Positions 32,188 through 40,769 of a stretch of DNA of 64,000 nucleotides are shown one piece after another. Positions within the stretch are counted from its first letter, which is position 1. The number at the start of each line of letters is the position of its first letter. Origin of the DNA: Acidimicrobiaceae bacterium. Lineage in GTDB: Bacteria; Actinomycetota; Acidimicrobiia; Acidimicrobiales; RAAP-2. A model generated the notes under the pieces. It was given only the letters and a program-made list of their open reading frames with translations, searched no databases and was not told the origin of the DNA. The stretch covers positions 7,711 to 71,710 of the forward strand of contig DAIEHI010000167.1 of assembly GCA_027355725.1 (NCBI GenBank), in the 5' to 3' direction. Made by a program: the position numbers and the translations under genes.

Positions 32188-33170
32188 GCCGCCCCATCCT
32201 CTTTTAGCCCCGCCACACTCAGATACAAAGCAGCCATCCGTACTGGCACACCATTGGTGACCTGTCGCGCTATCACCGCCGAGGGTAGGTCAGCGACTTT
32301 CGAATCAATCTCGACCCCGCGATTCATTGGTCCGGGATGCATGATGATCGTCTCAGAGCGCAGGCGTCGCGCCCGCTCCATTGTCAGTCCATAGGTGGCT
32401 GTGAATTCCGCGAGACTCGGTACAAACGAGCCCGAGCCGCGTTCGTGCTGTAGCCGCAGGAGCCCAACGACGTCAGCCCACTCAAGGGCTTCTGAGAAAT
32501 CGTCGGCCAGTGTCACTGGCCACTCCTGCATATCCACGGGCAACAATGTCCCCGGGGCGGCAATCTTGACCTGTGCGCCGAGGGCGGTGTAGGCCTGGAT
32601 ATCGCTTCGAGCAACCCGACTATGACGTACGTCGCCCACGATCAATACGTGAAGACCTTCGAAAAGCTCTGCCCCGGATTCTTGTCCAGTGGTGTCGTGC
32701 CGTTCGGCGAGGATTTGGCGAACCGTGAAGACATCGAGCAAACCTTGGGTCGGGTGCTGGTGCTGTCCATCGCCAGCGTTGACAACGCGAACGTGTGGCA
32801 CGTAGCGGCTCACCTGCAGTGCAGCCCCGCTCGACTGATGACGCATCACCACCGCATCAATACCAAGCGCATCAATGGTGGTGATGGTGTCGCGCAGTGA
32901 TTCCCCCTTCTTCACGCTGCTTGAAGCGACTGCGAGTGAGAGGACGTCCGCGCTCAGTCGCTTTGCGGCAGTTTCAAAGCTCAGTCGTGTGCGCGTCGAT
33001 TCTTCAAAGAAGAGCGACGCCACGACGCGTCCCTTCAACGCGGGGACCTTCTTCACCGTGCGACTTTGCACTTCAACGAAGGTTTCGGCCGTGTCGAGGA
33101 TCTCGACGAGCGCTCGAGCGCTCAATCCCTCGAGCGTCAAGAGACTCTGGCCCCGAATCGAATCAATCAC
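32184..33170 (-). CDS. pyrB: Aspartate carbamoyltransferase
   Basis: STRTRLSFE, KGESL, NAGDG.HQHPTQ, MHPGPMNRG; GTG overlaps pyrR stop. Confidence 0.96.
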   Translation of the reverse strand: MIDSIRGQSLLTLEGLSARALVEILDTAETFVEVQSRTVKKVPALKGRVVASLFFEESTRTRLSFETAAKRLSADVLSLAVASSSVKKGESLRDTITTIDALGIDAVVMRHQSSGAALQVSRYVPHVRVVNAGDGQHQHPTQGLLDVFTVRQILAERHDTTGQESGAELFEGLHVLIVGDVRHSRVARSDIQAYTALGAQVKIAAPGTLLPVDMQEWPVTLADDFSEALEWADVVGLLRLQHERGSGSFVPSLAEFTATYGLTMERARRLRSETIIMHPGPMNRGVEIDSKVADLPSAVIARQVTNGVPVRMAALYLSVAGLKEDGAA

Positions 33171-33733
33171 GCCTTTTCCTCGCTTCCTATCCACACGCCC
33201 TCGAGGGTGGCAAGGATCGCTTCATGGTGCGACGTTGGCAGGTTCTTGCCCACAAAGTCAGGTCGAATGGGAAGCTCCCTATGACCTCGATCGACCATCA
33301 CCACCAATTGGATGGAAGTGGGCCTCCCCCACTCAGCCAAAGCGTTGAGTGCCGCTCGAATCGTTCGCCCAGTGAACAGCACGTCATCAACCAAGACCAC
33401 CGTTCGTCCATTGAGATCCACTGGTATCGACGTAGTGGTGGCATCGCGTAACGGATTGAGGCTCAAGTCGTCTCGGTAGAACGCGACGTCCAACGCGCCA
33501 ACGGCAACAGAATTCTCCCCGATGTGTTGAAGCTCTTGCGCTAGTCGCTTCGCGAATGCAACGCCGCCTGTTTGCAGCCCGATGATCACCAACTCTTCGT
33601 CGTGACTGTTGCGTTCAAGGACCTCATGAGCGATGCGGCGAAGTGCACGCTGCACGTCATCAGCACTGAGCAGTTGTGTGCGGGCGACGAACGAGCCGTA
33701 CCGAGATGCGTCAGGGCGTTCGATCTCGGTCAC
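33167..33733 (-). CDS. pyrR: Pyrimidine regulatory protein / uracil phosphoribosyltransferase
   Basis: RIAHE, FYRDDL, VDDVLFTGRTIRAA, DRGHRELPIRPDFVGKN; exact start uncertain. Confidence 0.95.
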   Translation of the reverse strand: MTEIERPDASRYGSFVARTQLLSADDVQRALRRIAHEVLERNSHDEELVIIGLQTGGVAFAKRLAQELQHIGENSVAVGALDVAFYRDDLSLNPLRDATTTSIPVDLNGRTVVLVDDVLFTGRTIRAALNALAEWGRPTSIQLVVMVDRGHRELPIRPDFVGKNLPTSHHEAILATLEGVWIGSEEKA

Positions 33734-33744
33734 TTCATCCTCCC

Positions 33745-33772
33745 GCCGTACGAGCCTCACGGGACCCGCTTC
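33745..33772 (-). promoter_or_regulatory. PyrR-binding RNA loop
   Basis: Minus strand GCGGGTCCCGTGAGGCTCGT matches the RUCCnGnGAGGYU consensus and lies just upstream of the GGGAGG RBS. Confidence 0.75.
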
Positions 33773-33833
33773 ACGACTTCTTCACGACAGATTAGCAGCC
33801 CACGATCACCCGAGGCTGGGAATCGATGCTGCG

Positions 33834-34760
33834 CTAACTACGCTCGAACATGTTCGCCGTCGAACTCTTACGAGATGTGGGCGCGATGACCTCCAACTCG
33901 TTTCGATGCGTAATTCGATCGATGACCCCACTGAGGGACCCCTCTGCGTTGATGGCGCGACGAATGATGATGCCAAGAACCGGCGCCGCCCAGAAGTCGC
34001 CACACACCCACAGGATCGCCCCGCCAATCTGCTGATCGGCGAACGCGGGAAAACTGACACCGGGGATGTGCTGATACACCGAATACCAACTCACGTTCGT
34101 GAGAATGCTCATCGACATTGCGAGAAATGTCATGACAACGTTGGTACCGAGAATCGCACCCACTTGCCAGACTGCGCTCTTACGTGGCTTCATTGGATAG
34201 GAGCGCAGGAATTGGAGCCAGAACAGTACGCCGGTGAAGAAGAAGCTTCCGTGCATCAAGAAGATGTGAACAAAGTTGTTGCGCTCTGACAGATCAAACC
34301 ACGATGGAATGTGCCACACGAGCATGGCCGCGTTGAACGACAACAATGCCACCCACGGATTCCTCAGTATCCGACCGAGCACTCGGAATCCTCCCGCTTT
34401 GGGGTTCAAATAGAAGAAACGACCCAACGAACGACGAACCCTCACCGGCAACGCGAACTGCAACGGAATCCACGGAGCGCCCGCCACGACCAGTGCAGGT
34501 GCCGCCAGCGAGATCAAGAGATGTTCGACCATGTGCACCGAGAAGTAACTCGATGACCAGTAGTCAATGGGTGACTCGATCGCAAGCAACAACACGAACA
34601 AGCCCGCGTAGAATATCCACGACCGTCGCCGACGCTCACGTACCCGCGACTCGCGAGAGCGCTCCTTCAATCTTCGAAGCCCGAGCTCGTGACACGCGAC
34701 CGTGAGAATGATCCCAATCAGGGCGGGGTCGAACGACCAGTGGTCAAAGACGTAACTCAC
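33834..34760 (-). CDS. Cytochrome c oxidase assembly factor, caa3-type CtaG family
   Basis: SPID..S..FSVHMVEHLL...AP, WHIP, H..MH, DQQIGGAILW; GTG 34760 with GAGGA. Confidence 0.88.
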   Translation of the reverse strand: MSYVFDHWSFDPALIGIILTVACHELGLRRLKERSRESRVRERRRRSWIFYAGLFVLLLAIESPIDYWSSSYFSVHMVEHLLISLAAPALVVAGAPWIPLQFALPVRVRRSLGRFFYLNPKAGGFRVLGRILRNPWVALLSFNAAMLVWHIPSWFDLSERNNFVHIFLMHGSFFFTGVLFWLQFLRSYPMKPRKSAVWQVGAILGTNVVMTFLAMSMSILTNVSWYSVYQHIPGVSFPAFADQQIGGAILWVCGDFWAAPVLGIIIRRAINAEGSLSGVIDRITHRNELEVIAPTSRKSSTANMFERS

Positions 34761-34874
34761 CGACGTCCTCGGGCTCTGGCTCGACGAGCGTGATTTGGTG
34801 CGATTCGAGAGCGCGGAGCATGGCGACCACTTCTGTTCTCTCCCCACGCATGAACACTCAGCCTATCTTCGCGT

Positions 34875-35267
34875 TCACGCATCGTCGACGGCCTTCAAGG
34901 ATTCGTCGTGGGCCTCTTGCGCCGCTGCAAGGTCACGCTGACGTTCCTCCCATGCGACGAGCATGGAATTGAACTGTGGAGCGATTGGGGGTTTCTCAAC
35001 ACGTTGTTTGCGATGGTGCTCTCGATCGGGGTGAATGATGTTCCACCACATGTACACCGCGAATACTCCAAGGAGGGGCCACTCGAAGACGTACGCCCAA
35101 CTAAGGCCATTGCCACCCAAAGCGCGTTTGAGTTCGAACCAGAATGCCAAGGCGCATAGCACCAGCCCTCCGGCCAGCGTCACATGAGCCCGCAGTGCCT
35201 GTGCCCCCTCAAGTCGGCGAGGTGTCTCGACTGCGGCGTCAGAACTGTTCTCATCCGGGCCGACCAT
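34875..35267 (-). CDS. Small 2-TM protein (SURF1-like motifs), paralog 1
   Basis: FWFELKRALGGNGLSWAYVFEWP; clear paralog at 42528; TAATGT-N6-ATG. Confidence 0.75.
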   Translation of the reverse strand: MVGPDENSSDAAVETPRRLEGAQALRAHVTLAGGLVLCALAFWFELKRALGGNGLSWAYVFEWPLLGVFAVYMWWNIIHPDREHHRKQRVEKPPIAPQFNSMLVAWEERQRDLAAAQEAHDESLKAVDDA

Positions 35268-35420
35268 CGGCTCACATTACCGCGACGAATGGCGGATCTG
35301 CAGGAAAATTGCATCGTCTTTCGACGAGCATGAGCCACATCGTGTCACTCGCACGAGGAACAGGCCTACTTCGCCGTGGGACCAGTAGAGTTGCATCCAA
35401 CCAAGGGAGCAAGTCGATCG

Positions 35421-36284
35421 ATGACGACCAATGAAGACGGAGCGCTTGCCCCGGAATCTCGACTGTCAGAAGCAGACCGTGCCGCCGCGTTCGTAAAACA
35501 TCAACCTGCAGACCGCGCCGCGGCCTTTCGTGCGGGCCGCGCACCAGTTCCAACCAAGTTCATTGTCTGGATGACTGCGGTGTTCGTTGTACTGGGCCTC
35601 GGCGGCGTCGTTCTAGAGCACTACTTCGGCTCTATCGGAGTCACCACAACCACAACAACGGTCTTCAAGCTCCCAGCGACTCCAAATAGCCCTTCGGGAC
35701 CGCAAATCAGTGCTTCGCTACCCGCGCTCATGGGACTCAAGTACATCGGACACGCCACGGCACCGAACTTCACGCTGGTCAATCAGAACGGCAAGAAATG
35801 GGGGCTAGCTGACGCCCGAGGCAAGGCAGTCGTGCTGGCCTTCGAGGACGCGACGTGCAACGACATTTGTCCTGTCCTGGGGGCAGAAATCAAGCAAGCC
35901 CAGCAGAGACTTGGCGTGAAAGCACAACGGGTCGTCTTTGCGATCGTCAACAGCGACCCCAAGCGCACTGCAGTCGTGCCACGACCACCAGTTCTCACGA
36001 TCCCGGGGCTCTCAAGACTCCACAACATCTATTTCTTGACTTCGAAGTTGAGTCGCCTCAATAACGTCTGGTCCAATTACGGCATCAGCATTCGGGTTGG
36101 CGCCACTGCCAACCAGGTCGCGCACAACAACATCATGTATTTCATTAGCCCCAAAGGTCAACTGACGGCCCTCGCCACACCTTTCGCTAATGAGAGCACC
36201 AAAGGTGTCTTCTCGCTCAGTGCTTCAGATATCGCACACTTCGCGCAGGGAATCGCGAACACGGCCAGTAGTCTTGTCAAATGA
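35421..36284 (+). CDS. SCO family copper chaperone
   Basis: TM anchor, APNFTLVNQNG, CNDICP (CxxxC), distal His (VAHNN). Confidence 0.88.
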   Translation: MTTNEDGALAPESRLSEADRAAAFVKHQPADRAAAFRAGRAPVPTKFIVWMTAVFVVLGLGGVVLEHYFGSIGVTTTTTTVFKLPATPNSPSGPQISASLPALMGLKYIGHATAPNFTLVNQNGKKWGLADARGKAVVLAFEDATCNDICPVLGAEIKQAQQRLGVKAQRVVFAIVNSDPKRTAVVPRPPVLTIPGLSRLHNIYFLTSKLSRLNNVWSNYGISIRVGATANQVAHNNIMYFISPKGQLTALATPFANESTKGVFSLSASDIAHFAQGIANTASSLVK

Positions 36285-36958
36285 TTGATCGTACGGCACC
36301 ACTCGAATCACCCTCGTACGACCCGGGATCGATGTCTGCTTCATCGCTTTCCTCGATGAAAGTCGTCCTCTACAGACGACCGTGGTTCCTGATCACAGTG
36401 GCCGTCATTGTGGTACTCGCTGTATCGATCATTAGCGACCTTCCTCACCCCATCACGAAGGCTGAGGACGCCACGGCACAGAACGCATCGATGAAACAAA
36501 TCAATACCGACATCGGTCCTTGCGTCTTTGCGGTGAAGGAAGCGTTCAGCTTTTACCAACAAGACGTCAGTGGCAAGCTTTCTTCGTCGAACCTTGCTCA
36601 AGTACCGAGTTTGCTCGTTGGCGACCAGACTGCGTGCTCGTTCACCAGCGGTTCGATCTATGACCTCACGAACAATATTCAAGTGCTCGATACCAAAGCG
36701 GGAAAGAATATCGACCACATGCTGAGTGTCGTGGTCTTGTGGAGCACCTCAGATGCACTCGCGGCGATTGAAGACATCCAGTACCTCTTCAATCACCCTG
36801 GCGACAAGAAGAAGCTTCAGAACCTTTCACGCGAGGAAGGTCTCTTAACCAAGGACCGCACGCTGGCCCTCAACTACGTGGCGCGGGCAGAGAAGATTCT
36901 CGGCATCAACCTGAAACAGCCAATAATGCCCGTGCTGGCTCGCTTGTCGGGAACTTGA
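36281..36958 (+). CDS. Membrane-anchored hypothetical protein
   Basis: ATGA overlap with the SCO gene; one N-terminal TM; helical exported domain with two Cys. Confidence 0.7.
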   Translation: MIDRTAPLESPSYDPGSMSASSLSSMKVVLYRRPWFLITVAVIVVLAVSIISDLPHPITKAEDATAQNASMKQINTDIGPCVFAVKEAFSFYQQDVSGKLSSSNLAQVPSLLVGDQTACSFTSGSIYDLTNNIQVLDTKAGKNIDHMLSVVVLWSTSDALAAIEDIQYLFNHPGDKKKLQNLSREEGLLTKDRTLALNYVARAEKILGINLKQPIMPVLARLSGT

Positions 36959-37011
36959 ACTTAGTAGCGTTGCCAGGCTTCTCGATTCCCACCTTGAACA
37001 GCCACTCACGC

Positions 37012-37045
37012 CTCCACTCAGACGTTCAACATTCAATGAGTGGAG
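37012..37045. terminator. Stem-loop between convergent genes
   Basis: CTCCACTCA-N16-TGAGTGGAG. Confidence 0.45.
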
Positions 37046-37064
37046 TGCCTAAGTCGCACCACTC

Positions 37065-37892
37065 TCACTGAGGCAAGTTACGCTCCGAGGTGCCCAAAGC
37101 ACGCTCACGACGCAACATAGATCCCAATTCAGCGTTCGGGTCCTCCTCACTCTGAAGCCAATGGATCAGATTCCAAAAGACCACGGGCAAGAACGTCGCC
37201 GCCGACGACACCCACATCAGCACCGCTGTCAGCTGCTGGTCAGCCCAGAGTGAGAGGCCAGTTCCCACGTGATGAAACGATCCATACCAAGGGTCGTGCG
37301 ACATCGCATTCAGATAGGCAACGATCCACACCGTCCACATTGAAATCGCGGTCATAGCGATTCGAAATGGCCTCGTAATGCCAGGACTCACGGGCGGTGA
37401 TTCAACGAGGTCGAGCCACAGCAGACTCCCCACGGCGACCAGGCTCAAAGACTCCGGCACCAGCATCCATGCGTGACGGTTCGTGTAATCAACAATTGGT
37501 GCCACTCGCCAAAAAATAGCGACGACCAGGTAACACACGAGCAACGTCACCGCACCAATATGGCTGGTAACCCCTCGCCTCGCACTGGCGAAGCGGTCCA
37601 TCACTCGAAACTCAACGGGCGAAACGATCTTGCCGTCCGGGTCAACTTCAAAATCTTCGCGCGCCGCCAGGCCCAAGAAACGCCATGGCGCACTCACCAC
37701 CAACAACGCAGGAATAACGAATGCAAAAAGCGAAAACTGAGTGGCCTGCATGAATTCAAAATGATGTGCCCAACCAGAAATCGGAGGGATAACCAGCAGA
37801 ATCCAACAACCGACGCCGAAAATTCCTAGGGCGTTCCTTCGTCGACGCACTTCGTGCGTCGACGAACGGCGCTCAGCTGTACCCGCCGTCAC
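37065..37892 (-). CDS. Divergent caa3-CtaG paralog lacking the conserved His residues
   Basis: Same TM layout and W.Y...DQQL...MW end as the 33834 gene; GTG 37892 overlaps the preceding stop. Confidence 0.75.
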   Translation of the reverse strand: MTAGTAERRSSTHEVRRRRNALGIFGVGCWILLVIPPISGWAHHFEFMQATQFSLFAFVIPALLVVSAPWRFLGLAAREDFEVDPDGKIVSPVEFRVMDRFASARRGVTSHIGAVTLLVCYLVVAIFWRVAPIVDYTNRHAWMLVPESLSLVAVGSLLWLDLVESPPVSPGITRPFRIAMTAISMWTVWIVAYLNAMSHDPWYGSFHHVGTGLSLWADQQLTAVLMWVSSAATFLPVVFWNLIHWLQSEEDPNAELGSMLRRERALGTSERNLPQ

Positions 37893-38005
37893 TCTGATGG
37901 GTGACGCTGGAAAAAGCCCCACAACAGAACACCGAATAGAACACCCAGCAGGAGCACCATCGTCAGCACCTGCGAACCAATGTAAAGATCGACTGCTTGC
38001 ATCAT
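37889..38005 (-). CDS. 38-aa single-TM peptide (candidate small oxidase subunit)
   Basis: GGAGG RBS; MMQAVDLYIGSQVLTMVLLLGVLFGVLLWGFFQRHPSE; GTGA overlap with next gene. Confidence 0.7.
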   Translation of the reverse strand: MMQAVDLYIGSQVLTMVLLLGVLFGVLLWGFFQRHPSE

Positions 38006-38069
38006 CACCTCCATCCTCAACCCTAAAGTACAAACACCAGGGACGACAAGCGCCCCATGACACGAACAA

Positions 38070-38726
38070 CTACAAGATGTAGAACAATGCCAAGAACAGG
38101 GCACCACTCAGTGCGACGAAACCCCAGAAATATGTCATCGAGGCGACGTTTGCACGAAATAGTCGTGCCGTGGCAACAGACGAGAGCTCGGGATTATCTT
38201 TGCCAAGCTCCTTGCGCATCCGCATAGAGCGAGCCACTGTGGTCTCAAGCCAGTAGACACCCACCACCAGTGTCGCGATGTTGATGACTACCCAACCGAT
38301 GAACGTCGATGAGTAACCACTGGCACCTGGGTAGAACGGCAACGTCGTCGTCTCCCAGATTTGCAGGAACAGCGCTACGAGCGATGTCAGCACACCGGTC
38401 CACACTGCAACTTGCCAGTCGAGAACTACGCCCTTTCGCAAGCGCCACTGCCCATAGATCGCAAGCACGGCCGTCAGCGCTTCGAGCGCAAAGATCGACC
38501 ATCCGAACGCCGTGGGAGCGGTCATGTTGTGGGGCCGCCACTGCAGACCACTATTTGCAGTGCGCAGGTAGAAGTATGCGAACGCGAGTGCCGCGAGCAA
38601 GAAGGTGTACATGCCAATGAACAATCGTCCACCTGACCACACCGATCCGACCTTGGCGCGCAACTCGTACTCAATCTCCTCGGGCGTCTCTGTGTAGCCC
38701 TTGGACTTGTTGTACATATCAGTCAT
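38070..38726 (-). CDS. Heme-copper oxidase subunit III-like
   Basis: LFI...AYFYLR...W.P, FLQIWE, Y.STF; about 5 TM; follows subunit I. Confidence 0.8.
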   Translation of the reverse strand: MTDMYNKSKGYTETPEEIEYELRAKVGSVWSGGRLFIGMYTFLLAALAFAYFYLRTANSGLQWRPHNMTAPTAFGWSIFALEALTAVLAIYGQWRLRKGVVLDWQVAVWTGVLTSLVALFLQIWETTTLPFYPGASGYSSTFIGWVVINIATLVVGVYWLETTVARSMRMRKELGKDNPELSSVATARLFRANVASMTYFWGFVALSGALFLALFYIL

Positions 38727-38746
38727 AGTAAATTCTCCACTTACTA

Positions 38747-40711
38747 CTAGGCCGGGCTACTGCCGGATGTTGTTGAAACGACGGGTGGTGCACTGGTGCC
38801 CAAGTCCGCAACCGGCGGGGCGCCAACTTCGCTGTAGTGATACGGGTCACTCATAACCACTGGAATTCGCTCGAAGTTGTACTCAGGAATCGGGCTCGCC
38901 GTCTGCCATTCAAGTCCGAGCGAGTCCCACGGGTTCGCTGGCGCCTTCACGGGCTTGATGTACATCGAGTACATCAAGTTCGCGAAGAACAACAGGAATG
39001 AAGCACCGAGCAGGAATGCGCTGATCGACGAGAAGTCGTTCAAGCCCTGCAGGTTCTTCGCGTAGGTGAACACACGTCGCGGCTGTCCGAGCAGACCAAT
39101 GATGAACATCGGGAAGAACGTGAGGTTGAAGAAGATGAACATGGTCCAGAAGTGCCAAAGGCCAATCTTCTTGTTCATCATGCGACCGGTCATCTTAGGC
39201 AGCCAGTAGTACAGTCCCGCCATGAACGCGAAGAGCAGTCCACCCATGATCGTGTAGTGGAAGTGCGACAGCACGAAGAACCCACCGTGCACAGTCACGT
39301 TCACCGGTACGTCTGACAAGAACACTCCCGTCACACCGCCGATGAGGAAGTTGAAGAACAACGCCATCGCAAAGAGCATGGGTATCTCAAAGCGAATCTT
39401 TGCCCTATAGAGCGTTCCCATGCCGACCAAGAAGATGAAACCCGTTGGAATGGAAATCAATTCCGTGGTGAGCATGAACAAAGGTCGCATGTCTGGGTTA
39501 ATGCCACTCTGGAAGAGGTGGTGCTGCCACACGAAGAACGACAGCAACGCCACGCCGATCATGCCTGAAGCTGCAACCTTGTACGCAAAGAGAGGTTTGC
39601 GGGTAAAGACCGGTAGAATTTCAGCAACGATACCGAATCCAGGCAGCGCCATGATGTACACCTCGGGGTGGCCGAAGAACCAGAACAGGTTCTCCCACAG
39701 GTACGAACTACCGCCGTGTTCTGACACGTAGAACGCCGTCTGCGCTGTCTTGTCCAAGATACCGAACAAGCCCGCTGCGAACAAAGTCGGCGTTGCCAAC
39801 GTCAAGAGAGCAGCGGTAGCGAGGATCGACCACACGAAGATCGGAACTCGGCTCCAAGTCATGCCCGGAGCCCTGTTGTTGATGATGGTCACCGCAATGT
39901 TGAAGCCTGCTGCCATCATGCCCATTCCAATAACCGCGAAACCGAAGAGGTACGAGATCATTCCAGGGCCCGCTTGAGTCTGAAGCGGTGCATAGCCCGT
40001 CCAACCAGTCGGGAACCCGCCGTATGGAAGCGCTGAGAAGATAACCGCGTAACCCGCAACGAAGATCCAGAAGCTGAACGCCTCAATGCGTGGGAATGCC
40101 ATCTTTCGTGAACCGATCATCAACGGTACGAAGTAGTTGCCCATCGGACCAACGATGATTGACGTCGCCATCATCATCATGATGGTGCCGTGCTCACTGA
40201 CGATCTCGATATAGGTGCCCGGTCCGAACAGGTGTGTCGTCGGACTCAGCAGTTCTGCTCGAATGGCCATTGCGAGAAGTCCACCGGTGAACATGAACAA
40301 GAGCACACCCACTACGTACTGCAGGCCCACAACCTTGTGGTCAAGCGTGTAGCGGAAGTACTTCGACCATCCCTCGACGGTAGGCTCCTGCTTCGGCTCG
40401 CGACCGAGGAGCTTCGCGAAGGGGTAGTTCAGGGCCCCAATTCCCAACAGCCAACCAACGACTGCGAAGAGCAGTGCGAAGAAGTTGGCCGCCGAGTTCT
40501 GTCCCGAGTTCTGGACGTAGGCGTAGTTGCCAGTGATTGCGTTGCCCAGCCAGTGTCCGAAGAGGTAGCCAACGATGCCAAGGACAATCGCTGTTCCTAG
40601 GTGCTGACTCATCCAGCCTGGACGCTGTGTCCAGCCAACCCTTCCCGACTGCATGGGAGGAGTTGCGCTACTGGCCGCAACTTCTGTCGGTCGTTCGGCG
40701 CTTATAGTCAT
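38747..40711 (-). CDS. ctaD: Heme-copper oxidase subunit I (A-family-like, N-terminally extended, atypical proton channels)
   Basis: DHKVVG, HGTIM, GWTGYAPL, WFFGHPEVY, VWQHH, SHFHY, QPRR; six metal-ligand His present. Confidence 0.96.
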   Translation of the reverse strand: MTISAERPTEVAASSATPPMQSGRVGWTQRPGWMSQHLGTAIVLGIVGYLFGHWLGNAITGNYAYVQNSGQNSAANFFALLFAVVGWLLGIGALNYPFAKLLGREPKQEPTVEGWSKYFRYTLDHKVVGLQYVVGVLLFMFTGGLLAMAIRAELLSPTTHLFGPGTYIEIVSEHGTIMMMMATSIIVGPMGNYFVPLMIGSRKMAFPRIEAFSFWIFVAGYAVIFSALPYGGFPTGWTGYAPLQTQAGPGMISYLFGFAVIGMGMMAAGFNIAVTIINNRAPGMTWSRVPIFVWSILATAALLTLATPTLFAAGLFGILDKTAQTAFYVSEHGGSSYLWENLFWFFGHPEVYIMALPGFGIVAEILPVFTRKPLFAYKVAASGMIGVALLSFFVWQHHLFQSGINPDMRPLFMLTTELISIPTGFIFLVGMGTLYRAKIRFEIPMLFAMALFFNFLIGGVTGVFLSDVPVNVTVHGGFFVLSHFHYTIMGGLLFAFMAGLYYWLPKMTGRMMNKKIGLWHFWTMFIFFNLTFFPMFIIGLLGQPRRVFTYAKNLQGLNDFSSISAFLLGASFLLFFANLMYSMYIKPVKAPANPWDSLGLEWQTASPIPEYNFERIPVVMSDPYHYSEVGAPPVADLGTSAPPVVSTTSGSSPA

Positions 40712-40769
40712 CGCCCGATCTCCGTTTCTTTCATGGTCATTGTCTGATTGCTCTGTGCGTATTCGTTCA

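Noticed and set aside
34744-34851. 35-codon ORF upstream of ctaG on the minus strand
   Set aside because: No RBS, no motif and atypical promoter spacing; cannot be supported.
38747-40711. cbb3-type, quinol oxidase or NO reductase identity
   Set aside because: HPEVY with the helix-VI Tyr and a full CuA subunit II indicate an A-family-like oxidase.
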